A stretch of DNA of 64,000 nucleotides from Escherichia coli phage vB_EcoS_Ace, in the sequence record MT833283.1; one strand, written 5' to 3'. Below, piece by piece: positions 55,985 through 64,000 of this stretch. The position numbers and the translations under genes are program-made. The number at the start of each line of letters is the position of its first letter. The stretch's first letter is position 1. The notes beneath the pieces were generated by a model, which saw only the letters and a list, made by a program, of their open reading frames with translations, did no database searches and was not told the origin of the DNA.

Positions 55985-56746
55985 TTACACCTTCCCCATA
56001 TCCTTAAAGATATCGTAGAATGCTTTAGACTCTGGTGAGCGAACGTTGTCGATCAGTTCGATCATAGAGAAAGGAGAGTTTTCATACTTCTCATAGACTT
56101 CCATAAGAAGTGCTAGACCTGAATCACCCTTGATGTCTTTCTGAGCTATATCTCCACAGATAATTAAACGACAATCTTGTCCTACACGAGTCAAAAGACA
56201 GATCATTGCTTCAACGGAGATATTCTGAGCTTCATCGACAATTACATAGGAGTTGTTGAAAGTTCGGCCACGGGCATGTTCGATAGCCAGGAATTTGATT
56301 TTCTGACGTTCGACATATCCTTTGTAGGCATGATCACCGATTGCCCATTTCATACCATCGGCTATTGGTTCCAACCAAGGCTCTAGCTTTTCTGCTAGAT
56401 CACCTGGGAGCATACCAAGAGATTTACCTAGAGGTTCGTTCGGACGCACGAGGATCACTTGCTCAATATCTGAGTGAATGTCTACGAGTTCCTGAGCTGC
56501 AAGAACGGATGGAATAAAGGTTTTACCAGTACCTGGTTCACCTATACCCACAGTCACTGTGTTGTTCTTGATCATATTGATATATGATTTTTGCTCACGG
56601 TTTTTACCAACTAGGGATTTAGCAACTGGATTGGCGTAATCACCAGAGAAATCTGCTTGAATTACGTTACTCTCGTACTTGTTGCCACGCTTTCTTGAAC
56701 CATTGCGGTTCTCTCTTTTTTGACGTGCTTTTCCCATAAATAACAC
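55985..56746 (-). CDS. phoH: PhoH-like ATPase
   Basis: Walker A GEPGTGKTF and PhoH-like core. Confidence 0.75.
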   Translation of the reverse strand: MLFMGKARQKRENRNGSRKRGNKYESNVIQADFSGDYANPVAKSLVGKNREQKSYINMIKNNTVTVGIGEPGTGKTFIPSVLAAQELVDIHSDIEQVILVRPNEPLGKSLGMLPGDLAEKLEPWLEPIADGMKWAIGDHAYKGYVERQKIKFLAIEHARGRTFNNSYVIVDEAQNISVEAMICLLTRVGQDCRLIICGDIAQKDIKGDSGLALLMEVYEKYENSPFSMIELIDNVRSPESKAFYDIFKDMGKV

Positions 56747-56810
56747 TCCTATAGTGTACTTCGCTAACAGAGGATCAACAAAAAGATCTTGTTTATCAAC
56801 TTACAAATAT

Positions 56811-56839
56811 ATTATACCAATATATACGGGAGAAAGCAA
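56811..56839 (-). promoter_or_regulatory. sigma70 promoter (TATAAT / TTGCTT) for phoH
   Basis: minus strand; 17-bp spacer. Confidence 0.6.
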
Positions 56840-57030
56840 CTACAATTTTAAATAAGCCTATGATATTGCATTTAAATAAAAAATTTGCTTGCTTTTATTG
56901 GGAAATGTATGGTACTAGATAATCATTTTATATCGCGTACACGGGTGCGTGATTATACTATTTTTAGTAGAGGTTGGCAAATAAAATTTTTTGACTCAGA
57001 TCAATTTACAGAATGTTATAGTAAAATATT

Positions 57031-57059
57031 GTTGACATCCGCCTTCGAATGAGTTATAA
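57031..57059 (+). promoter_or_regulatory. consensus sigma70 promoter (TTGACA-17-TATAAT) for nrdD
   Basis: plus strand; perfect hexamers with 17-bp spacer, 30 bp upstream of nrdD SD. Confidence 0.7.
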
Positions 57060-57089
57060 TAGTAGTCTTAGTTAGAGAAGGAGAGTATA

Positions 57090-58964
57090 ATGAATCGCAA
57101 TGAAGAACTAAAGTATAAAGGAATGCAGTCCTTGATTCGAAACTGCAAAGAAATTATCGAAGGTTCAGCAGATGAAGAGCTGCTGTTTAATAATGCCAAT
57201 AAGCCCTCAGAACGTTTCCCTACACAAAGGGATATGCTTGCAGGGGAATTGAGTAAATATCTGATTCTGGAAGAAATGCCAATCCAGATTCGAAATGCTC
57301 ACATGATTGGTGATATTCACTTCCATGATGCTGATTACGCTGCATTAGGTATGACTAACTGTTGCCTGGTTGCTTTGGAAGATATGTTGAAAAACGGTAT
57401 GAAGGTTGGTAATGCTGAAATCAGTACGCCAAACTCCATTACTACTGCGGCTGCTATTACAGCTCAGATTATTACTCAGGTTAGCTCCCATCAATATGGT
57501 GGTACTTCTGTAGACCGATTAGATGAAGTACTGGCTCCTTATGTTCGTAAGTCTTATGATAAGAATCATGCGTTTGCAAAACGTTGGACTAAGGATGAAG
57601 CCAAAGCATCTGTAATGGCTACGGAAATGACTGAGAAAGAAGTTTACGATGCCTGTCAGGGCCTGGAGTATGAAATCAATACGATGTTCAACTCTAATGG
57701 TCAAAGTCCGTTTATTACCTTTGGGTTTGGTCTAGGAACTTCTTGGGAAGCACGTCTTGTACAGAAAGCAATCCTAGAAGTGCGTATGGATGGTTTGGGT
57801 ATCAATAAACGTACAGCTATCTTCCCTAAACTGGTATTTGTTTTGCGTGATGGCGTAAACATGAAACCTGGTGATGTTAACTATGATATCAAGAAGTTAG
57901 CTATGAAATGTACTGCTGAACGTATGTATCCTGACTACATCAGTTATGATAAGGTTGTAGAAGTTACGGGAGACTACAAAGTCTCTATGGGCTGTCGTTC
58001 ATTCCTGGCTGCTGCGGAAGATGGTGAAACTTCTGGTCGTAACAACTTAGGCGTTGTTTCCGTAAACCTTCCTCGAATCGCTATCGAAGCGGAAGGAAAT
58101 ATTGATCTATTCTTCGATCTACTTGAGCTGCGTGTGGATACCGCGTTAAAAGCATTGGAGTGGAGGGTTGATCGCTTAAAATACATTCAAGCTAAAGCTG
58201 CGCCCATCCTCTATATGTCAGGAGCCTTTGGATTACGTCTGGGGCCAGATGAATATGTATTTGATCATTTCTACAAGCGTGCTTCCGTATCTCTAGGATA
58301 TATTGGTTGCCACGAAATGTTGCAGCTCATGTTTGGTAAAGATGTAGATACAATGTCTGAGTCTTGTATCAAGTTCGTTCAACGTGTGCTACAATATATG
58401 CGTGATCGTGCTGATCAGAAGAAGGAAGAGACTCAGTTAGGTTATAGTCTGTATGCTACACCATCTGAATCTCTGTGTGATCGCTTCTGTCGTCTAGACC
58501 GTGAGTACTTCCCAGAGCATGAGGATATTCTGGCTAAAGGATATTACACTAACTCCCATCACCTTGATGTAGAACGTAAGGTTGCTCCAAATGTGAAATT
58601 TGATTATGAGTCTAACTTTACTCCTATTGCTTCTGGTGGGTGCATTTCCTACGTGGAATTACCTGACATGAAGAAATTCCCAGATGCCCTAGAATGGGTA
58701 ATTAACTATGCTGCAAGTAAAGTTCACTACTTTGGTATTAATACTCCAGTTGATTCTTGTGGTGAGTGTGGATTCTTAGGCGAAACAATTGCTTCTGAAG
58801 ATGGATTTAAATGCCCAATTTGTGGCAACCATGATCCTGAGACTCTTGAGGTAACACGTCGTGTTTGTGGGTACCTTGGTAATCCAGGTGCACGCCCATT
58901 TAACCCAGGTAAACAGCATGAGGTTATGGGACGAATCAAGCATGCAGATGTAAGAGCTAAATAA
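57090..58964 (+). CDS. nrdD: anaerobic ribonucleoside-triphosphate reductase (NrdD)
   Basis: 624 aa; C-terminal Cys cluster and glycyl-radical motif RVCGYLG; consensus promoter and SD upstream. Confidence 0.8.
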   Translation: MNRNEELKYKGMQSLIRNCKEIIEGSADEELLFNNANKPSERFPTQRDMLAGELSKYLILEEMPIQIRNAHMIGDIHFHDADYAALGMTNCCLVALEDMLKNGMKVGNAEISTPNSITTAAAITAQIITQVSSHQYGGTSVDRLDEVLAPYVRKSYDKNHAFAKRWTKDEAKASVMATEMTEKEVYDACQGLEYEINTMFNSNGQSPFITFGFGLGTSWEARLVQKAILEVRMDGLGINKRTAIFPKLVFVLRDGVNMKPGDVNYDIKKLAMKCTAERMYPDYISYDKVVEVTGDYKVSMGCRSFLAAAEDGETSGRNNLGVVSVNLPRIAIEAEGNIDLFFDLLELRVDTALKALEWRVDRLKYIQAKAAPILYMSGAFGLRLGPDEYVFDHFYKRASVSLGYIGCHEMLQLMFGKDVDTMSESCIKFVQRVLQYMRDRADQKKEETQLGYSLYATPSESLCDRFCRLDREYFPEHEDILAKGYYTNSHHLDVERKVAPNVKFDYESNFTPIASGGCISYVELPDMKKFPDALEWVINYAASKVHYFGINTPVDSCGECGFLGETIASEDGFKCPICGNHDPETLEVTRRVCGYLGNPGARPFNPGKQHEVMGRIKHADVRAK

Positions 58965-58970
58965 TGAATC

Positions 58971-59001
58971 AGCCAGGTCGCTAGTCGATCTGGCTTTTAT
59001 T
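58971..59001 (+). terminator. rho-independent terminator downstream of nrdD
   Basis: stem AGCCAG/CTGGCT followed by TTTTATTTT. Confidence 0.55.
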
Positions 59002-59005
59002 TTAC

Positions 59006-59034
59006 TTGCTTTCTAGCTAAAACTTATGTATAAT
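59006..59034 (+). promoter_or_regulatory. sigma70 promoter (TTGCTT-17-TATAAT) with plus-strand copy of the early leader/SD cassette
   Basis: followed by TGATTTATAAATTTGAGAGGAG and ATG at 59064. Confidence 0.6.
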
Positions 59035-59063
59035 TGATTTATAAATTTGAGAGGAGAAAACGA

Positions 59064-59282
59064 ATGGCAAAAGTACCACAAGAATTTACGGATGGAATTA
59101 AGGCAGATCTAGATGTAATGCTAATGGCCCAATGGGAGTCTGGCTTCCGAGATGGAATTGATTGTTGTGTGGCCGTGCTCGATACTATTAGTTGGCAGCT
59201 TATTCAATCTGGAAATGATGCAGAAGGCAACCTTCTAGCTAACCTTTCTAAACAAATTAGGGAAATGAAATGCGCAGATTAA
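59064..59282 (+). CDS. hypothetical protein (72 aa)
   Basis: ATG after GAGAGGAGAAAACGA leader of plus-strand promoter cassette; overlaps start of next gene. Confidence 0.45.
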   Translation: MAKVPQEFTDGIKADLDVMLMAQWESGFRDGIDCCVAVLDTISWQLIQSGNDAEGNLLANLSKQIREMKCAD

Positions 59283-60112
59283 TTATTGTTAGTGGTGCAG
59301 GTTTGAGTGTAGATAGTGGTGTTCGTGCTTTCCGTACTGATACTGCTAGTGGGAAATCCTTGTGGGATGAGTACGATCTAGAGGAAGTATGTAGCTTGCC
59401 TAACTTTGAAGCTGGCTTCCGTCGCTTCTGTGGTGAAGATGATCCTAACTACTTCAGTGCTCGTTTCCCTGGCATTGATGAAGATGGTAACGATCTGTAT
59501 CTCAAGACTCATGAGTTCTACAACATGCGTCGTCAGGAATTACAGACTGTTGAGCCTAACATTGCCCATCTGCGAATTGCAGAATGGTTCCAGCGTTATG
59601 ATGCGGATAGCGTGAAGAACTTCACTACTAACGTTGATGACCTTCTGGAACGTGCTGGTATCCCTCGTGATGAAATCATTCACGCTCACGGGTACTTGAA
59701 AGAGGTGATCTATCGTCAGGGTCGCAATCAAATCATCGAAGATGTTGGGTATACTGCGATTGCCCCTGAAGATTACGAATGGGTAAAACCAAACGTAACA
59801 TTCTTTGGTGAGACGGCTCCGTGGTATATGGGTCAGATTAACCTGTTTGATACGCTTACTAGCAATGATATGGTTATTGTGGTAGGTTGTAGCAACCAAG
59901 TGATTGACTTCAACTGGGAACTATTCCCTGCTGTATGTCGTGGAACTAAGATGATGGTTGTTAACCCTCAAGTTCGCTATGATGAACAGCTTGAATATGA
60001 GAAACGTGGTGTTACTGTATGGCGGGCTGGAGCTGCCGAAGTTTTTGGTAACAAGCATTTCATTGGTCAAGTAGAAGCCTTTATGGAAGGAACTATTTAT
60101 GTCGCATCCTAA
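59270..60112 (+). CDS. Sir2-family (sirtuin-like) protein
   Basis: GAGLSVDSGVRAFR, TTNVDDLLERAG, HAHG, VTFFGE, VVGCS blocks; no Zn-ribbon Cys pairs seen. Confidence 0.6.
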   Translation: MRRLIIVSGAGLSVDSGVRAFRTDTASGKSLWDEYDLEEVCSLPNFEAGFRRFCGEDDPNYFSARFPGIDEDGNDLYLKTHEFYNMRRQELQTVEPNIAHLRIAEWFQRYDADSVKNFTTNVDDLLERAGIPRDEIIHAHGYLKEVIYRQGRNQIIEDVGYTAIAPEDYEWVKPNVTFFGETAPWYMGQINLFDTLTSNDMVIVVGCSNQVIDFNWELFPAVCRGTKMMVVNPQVRYDEQLEYEKRGVTVWRAGAAEVFGNKHFIGQVEAFMEGTIYVAS

Positions 60113-60314
60113 TAAGGGTAAAATGGGAGATATGGGATCAGACCCCCGATTTTACAAATCGCCTAAAAGACACCCTGATGATATAATTGTATGGCCAGAT
60201 AAAACATGGTGCTATCGTGAAGAGTTGTGGGAAATGGATTATATGTCAGATGATTTCTGTGTAATCTATATCGACACACCGGAACATAAAGCGTTCCTAG
60301 AGGAGAACGAATGA
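60099..60314 (+). CDS. hypothetical protein (71 aa)
   Basis: ORF in track. Confidence 0.4.
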   Translation: MSHPNKGKMGDMGSDPRFYKSPKRHPDDIIVWPDKTWCYREELWEMDYMSDDFCVIYIDTPEHKAFLEENE

Positions 60315-60496
60315 TAAAGAAGATTTTTAAGGGTATCTGGAAAGGTCTAGTATGGTTTGTCAACCTAATCGGTATGATTACCATTTATTCTCTGTTCCTA
60401 TCTGTTATGTGGGGTAAAGGTGAATTGAAGGTTCCGGTTCCTTTTACTGAGGAAGTTAAAGTCTGGACGTGGGATGCTACTGGTGGAAATAAGTAA
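60311..60496 (+). CDS. small membrane protein (61 aa)
   Basis: ORF in track; hydrophobic. Confidence 0.4.
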   Translation: MIKKIFKGIWKGLVWFVNLIGMITIYSLFLSVMWGKGELKVPVPFTEEVKVWTWDATGGNK

Positions 60497-60989
60497 TACT
60501 CCTGTGATTTTCCTGGATATTGATGGGGTGCTCAATTCGAGCATCTCTCACCATCATGCTCCAGACAGTGAAAAGCTGTTCTTTGGCAGTGATTGGGTTT
60601 ATAAGCCATTACTCCAGGCTTTTCAGAACTTTCTTAAACCCTCCCCAATAATGATTGTTGGGGTCTCTTCATGGTTTTCTGTACGAAATGAAATGGAGAA
60701 CGTTCAGATTATGACCGGACTCGGTTTGATCGATCGTTTCCTTGGTACAACAGATTTTACTGGAGGTGGTTTATCTCGGGGTAATTCTGTTTTACGTTTC
60801 GTCGAAAAATATAAGCTCAAGCATTGGTGTGTCCTAGATGATGCTGGTGCTATGATGTACCAATTCCCTACTGTTATTGTAAATGGCAGGACTGGAATAA
60901 ACCTTCAAGATTTAAATGCTATCAGCTATATGCTGGAGTTTAGTCCAGATCTTGAAATGTGTAAGGCTCTTCAGAAACTTAAGGTGTAA
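60474..60989 (+). CDS. HAD-superfamily phosphatase-like protein
   Basis: HAD motif I FLDIDGVLN; start codon uncertain. Confidence 0.5.
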   Translation: MLLVEISNTPVIFLDIDGVLNSSISHHHAPDSEKLFFGSDWVYKPLLQAFQNFLKPSPIMIVGVSSWFSVRNEMENVQIMTGLGLIDRFLGTTDFTGGGLSRGNSVLRFVEKYKLKHWCVLDDAGAMMYQFPTVIVNGRTGINLQDLNAISYMLEFSPDLEMCKALQKLKV

Positions 60990-60991
60990 AT

Positions 60992-61420
60992 ATGTTCGAT
61001 AATCTTTTCATGAAAGAGGTAAACCCTATGCTCCTCAACTTCTGGCGTTCTCTCCCTAATGGTATGTATAATGAAACCATCAATCTGCTTAAGATTTGGT
61101 GTGAGAATAACGATATCTTCCTATCCTTTAAAGGCCCACTAGAGGAAGCTCCATGTATTGGAGTTAGCGTGGATTTAGGTGAGGGAGTAGAAGAAATTGT
61201 AGACTGGAAAGAACTCGATGAAATGGGTCTGGTTTTTGCCTTGAACCATAAGCTGTTTATGCCTGCAAATCACCGTCTTATTGTAAACTATCGCACTGGT
61301 GAAGCTCCTGCTTTCCAGGTAAATGAACGTGAGGGCTGGTCATATTCGCCCAAAGAAGTAAATGAGGGGATTCAGAAACTTCGTCGTTTCGGGTATATGA
61401 TCCCAGGTTTAACTGCTTAA
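60992..61420 (+). CDS. hypothetical protein (142 aa), paralog of 61430..61825
   Basis: shared C-terminal block (W.EL..MGL..ALN...F.P......TGE.P...V......Y......E....L.R.G...PGL). Confidence 0.55.
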   Translation: MFDNLFMKEVNPMLLNFWRSLPNGMYNETINLLKIWCENNDIFLSFKGPLEEAPCIGVSVDLGEGVEEIVDWKELDEMGLVFALNHKLFMPANHRLIVNYRTGEAPAFQVNEREGWSYSPKEVNEGIQKLRRFGYMIPGLTA

Positions 61421-61429
61421 GGAGGCAGA

Positions 61430-61825
61430 ATGGAACAAGTATTTTGGCGTCAGATAGATCCTAGTTTGGTAGAGCGTGCTGAAGGGCTCCTTGCACGTTG
61501 GTTGGGGGTTGACAAGGTTAGTGTAACATTTCCGTTTACTTCTGTAACAGACCCTAGTGTAGGTGTCTTTGTGGACGAAGATGAAGATGATGGTTGGGAA
61601 GCTGACTGGAATGAATTGTCCAGTATGGGCTTGATTGTTGCCCTCAACTTCTCTATATTCCATCCACGTGGCTTAGCCATTACACGTGACCCCGAAACTG
61701 GTGAATCCCCTTATCTTTTGCAAGTAGAAGATGATATTTGGGAGTACACCGAAGATATTCTCGAAGAAGCTAAAGGTCAATTAAATCGCATTGGGATCTA
61801 TGTTCCAGGCCTAAATGATGATTGA
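61430..61825 (+). CDS. hypothetical protein (131 aa), paralog of 60992..61420
   Basis: tandem duplicate; GGAGG SD upstream. Confidence 0.55.
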   Translation: MEQVFWRQIDPSLVERAEGLLARWLGVDKVSVTFPFTSVTDPSVGVFVDEDEDDGWEADWNELSSMGLIVALNFSIFHPRGLAITRDPETGESPYLLQVEDDIWEYTEDILEEAKGQLNRIGIYVPGLNDD

Positions 61826-61916
61826 TTTTCATTAGTCCAATCCTGATTACCGAGTCATTTTGGCTCGGTTTTCTCTGTGCTCAAAGACACTGATAGCACC
61901 TTCGGAAAAATTTTAC

Positions 61917-61945
61917 TTGCAGGATGCTCAAAATCTTGATATAAT
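61917..61945 (+). promoter_or_regulatory. sigma70 promoter (TTGCAG-17-TATAAT) heading a ~500-nt ORF-free leader
   Basis: plus strand; A-tract upstream; no start codon follows the leader. Confidence 0.5.
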
Positions 61946-62438
61946 ATTTATATTGAATTGAGAGACATTAGTAAAAATTGATTTTGCTAATTTTTCTTGT
62001 TTACAATCCGCAATACGGAACAGTTAGGCTGCCCCATTAAGGGTTGTTTTAACTATTACTAGTGTTTATACTGCATTAGTTAATTATCAATTAAGTGATC
62101 TGCGTACCCTGAATTCGGAAAGGTAAATCCAAACCGTGCATATTTAGCTCGTTATATAGGCAGAGCTTTATATGGGGGTGCGAACGAAAAGAGCAGCGAA
62201 TGGTGACACGTCCAGTAGCCACCTACCAATAGGATAGTGAGGGCAATCAGAATAGGCTTAGCGGCCAATGACCTAGGTTCTGATCTGGATAAGAGTTAAG
62301 AGAGCGCAGCACTGAGGTATGATAACTTATTCATACTGCTTGATGATTAATGTTTGTGTAAATGGTAGTAATAGTTGTTCTATTCTTTTGAATAGTCCTA
62401 AAGAAAGATATCCGAATAACCAACATAGGAGTATTGTT

Positions 62439-64000
62439 GTGTTCTCAATCCTACAAGGTCACGCAGGATTTTCCAGAGATAAAGCCACTGGCATCTGGAA
62501 AGAGATCAAAGTGGAAGATTACACCTTTGCAAAGCGATTCTCTAAAGAGCATCCAGAAGGTAAACCAGCTTCCATGCCCTTCAAATTTGATGTACTTGAA
62601 GAACTTGACCCGCAAAACCTTGCTGAAATGTTACCTATCATGCGTCGTCTTACCAAAGACCCGCATATTGTAGCTATTCGTGGTAAATGTCTAGCTCCAA
62701 AAGATAATGTGCGTCGTACCAGAGGAAACTTTAACGTATCCAATCCTAGTCATATTATCGCTATGGACGTGGATGGTATTGTAGATACTGGTGGCTATGA
62801 CAAGTTTAATCTTGTTGGCATGGCACGTCATATTATTAAGATGTTGAATAGTATTAGTGAGGATATGTTTCCTCTTGATGCAGGGTTTATTGCTCATGCA
62901 TCGTCTTCGGCTGGATTAAAACCAGGTATCCGAATGCACTTAATGCTAGAATCTAATGTCAAGGTAACGCAGGGGCAATTAAAATTCTTATTTACATCCA
63001 TCAATGACAGTAGTAAGCAAAAGTATGGCTTTGATATTGCTGACTTAGCTTATTATTCTTCTGTTCAGCTTCACTATTTCGCAGATCCCTTATTTGATGA
63101 TGGTATAGTCGATCCGTTTAAAGCGGAGAATAAACCACGTCTTGTGTATGTTAAGGGTTCGAAAGTGAATCTACCCAATAACCTAGTTGACTTTGAAACA
63201 ACTAGAGGTGAGTTTAAAGAAGAATTCTACTCCTTACTTGACCAAATTAAAGGCAAGAAGGCTGCATCTGATAAAGTGGAAGAAACCATCAGCGAACTAG
63301 AAGAAGCTGAGGATGGGGTGTACCTGCGTATTATCCCAAAACTTTATCACAGAGCGTTAGAAGATGGTGTTGACTTTACGTGGTTAGAACGTGAGATTAA
63401 ACCAGCTTTATCTGAATATATTGCAACTAAAGATAATAGTCGTAATATTCAAGATTACTTTAATAACGGTCGTAAGCAGGCTCTAAAAGCCTTTGTGAAT
63501 AACTCCAAACGTGAGATTCCACCCAACTTAAAAGGTGTACCACTAAAGCGTCTGGACACAGATTCACCGCCAGAAGTTCCATACTTGAAGATTAACATTG
63601 TACCCCCAAAAGGACATTTAACATTTGTTAAGGCAAGTCTTGGTACAGGTAAAACCACAGCAGTAACTAAGTGGCTAGATGCAGGTGTTCTTCCAGGAAA
63701 CTTTATTGCAATCACGAATACTAGGGCACTTGTATCTTCAAACGCGAAGAAATTCGGTGCTGGTCAGTATGATAAGTCAGTTGATATGCTGAACTTCAAA
63801 CGTGGTGCTATTGATCGTATGTCTTCAACTATTCACTCTATCCATAAGTTCAAGAGCTTTGTGGGTCAGATTGATACGATCTTTATTGATGAATGTGACG
63901 CAGTAATGAATGATCTGTTATTCGCCCCGGTTGTTAAAAACCGTCGTGAATGTATTCAGGTTCTTCGCGATATTCTTATTACTGCAAAAACGGTTATCTT
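62439..64000 (+). CDS. putative replicative helicase-like P-loop NTPase, 5' partial (runs off window)
   Basis: open frame from GTG at 62439 (AGGAG 7 nt upstream) to window end; Walker A LGTGKTT and IFIDECD (Walker B/DExx); not in ORF track because it has no stop. Confidence 0.55.
   Translation, partial: MFSILQGHAGFSRDKATGIWKEIKVEDYTFAKRFSKEHPEGKPASMPFKFDVLEELDPQNLAEMLPIMRRLTKDPHIVAIRGKCLAPKDNVRRTRGNFNVSNPSHIIAMDVDGIVDTGGYDKFNLVGMARHIIKMLNSISEDMFPLDAGFIAHASSSAGLKPGIRMHLMLESNVKVTQGQLKFLFTSINDSSKQKYGFDIADLAYYSSVQLHYFADPLFDDGIVDPFKAENKPRLVYVKGSKVNLPNNLVDFETTRGEFKEEFYSLLDQIKGKKAASDKVEETISELEEAEDGVYLRIIPKLYHRALEDGVDFTWLEREIKPALSEYIATKDNSRNIQDYFNNGRKQALKAFVNNSKREIPPNLKGVPLKRLDTDSPPEVPYLKINIVPPKGHLTFVKASLGTGKTTAVTKWLDAGVLPGNFIAITNTRALVSSNAKKFGAGQYDKSVDMLNFKRGAIDRMSSTIHSIHKFKSFVGQIDTIFIDECDAVMNDLLFAPVVKNRRECIQVLRDILITAKTVI

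Noticed and set aside
50656-58964. Group I introns in thyA, nrdB, nrdA or nrdD (as occur in T4)
   Set aside because: All four ORFs are uninterrupted and collinear with their families; no internal ORF-free insertions.
1-64000. Temperate or prophage features (integrase, repressor, att sites) and rRNA genes
   Set aside because: No integrase or repressor-like ORF and no rRNA-like sequence seen; gene content is that of a lytic T5-type phage.

Overview
The window reads as the left ~64 kb of a T5-like (Tequintavirus-type) lytic siphophage genome; this identification is from recalled protein motifs and gene order, no database search was run. Left to right: pre-early genes on the minus strand (dmp, A1, A2); an AT-rich non-coding stretch with DnaA boxes; a 3.5-kb plus-strand gene block bracketed by ~50-bp inverted repeats that each carry a LexA-box-like palindrome; a ~1 kb array of short direct repeats (9.5-10.5 kb); then a long minus-strand early region of compact genes, most behind a stereotyped sigma70 promoter/leader/Shine-Dalgarno cassette. 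That early region holds phosphatases, endolysin and holin, ClpP-like and HslV-like proteases, dNMP kinase, a GrcA-like glycyl-radical protein, about 28 tRNA genes interleaved with HNH and T5orf172 (GIY-YIG-like) endonuclease genes, a PnuC/NadR-like NAD salvage pair (the NadR-like gene carries an in-frame TAG), an SPFH protein, RNase H, thymidylate synthase, DHFR, NrdB, NrdA and PhoH. The right end is plus-strand: NrdD, a Sir2-like protein, a HAD-like protein, two tandem paralogs and the start of a P-loop helicase. Points most worth follow-up are the inverted-repeat-bracketed cassette with SOS-box-like sites, the NAD module with its amber codon alongside a phage Sir2-like gene, an ~870-nt promoter-driven ORF-free region, orphan tRNA T-arm hairpins, and several atypical tRNAs. 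All tRNA folds and promoter calls were done by eye and need software confirmation.
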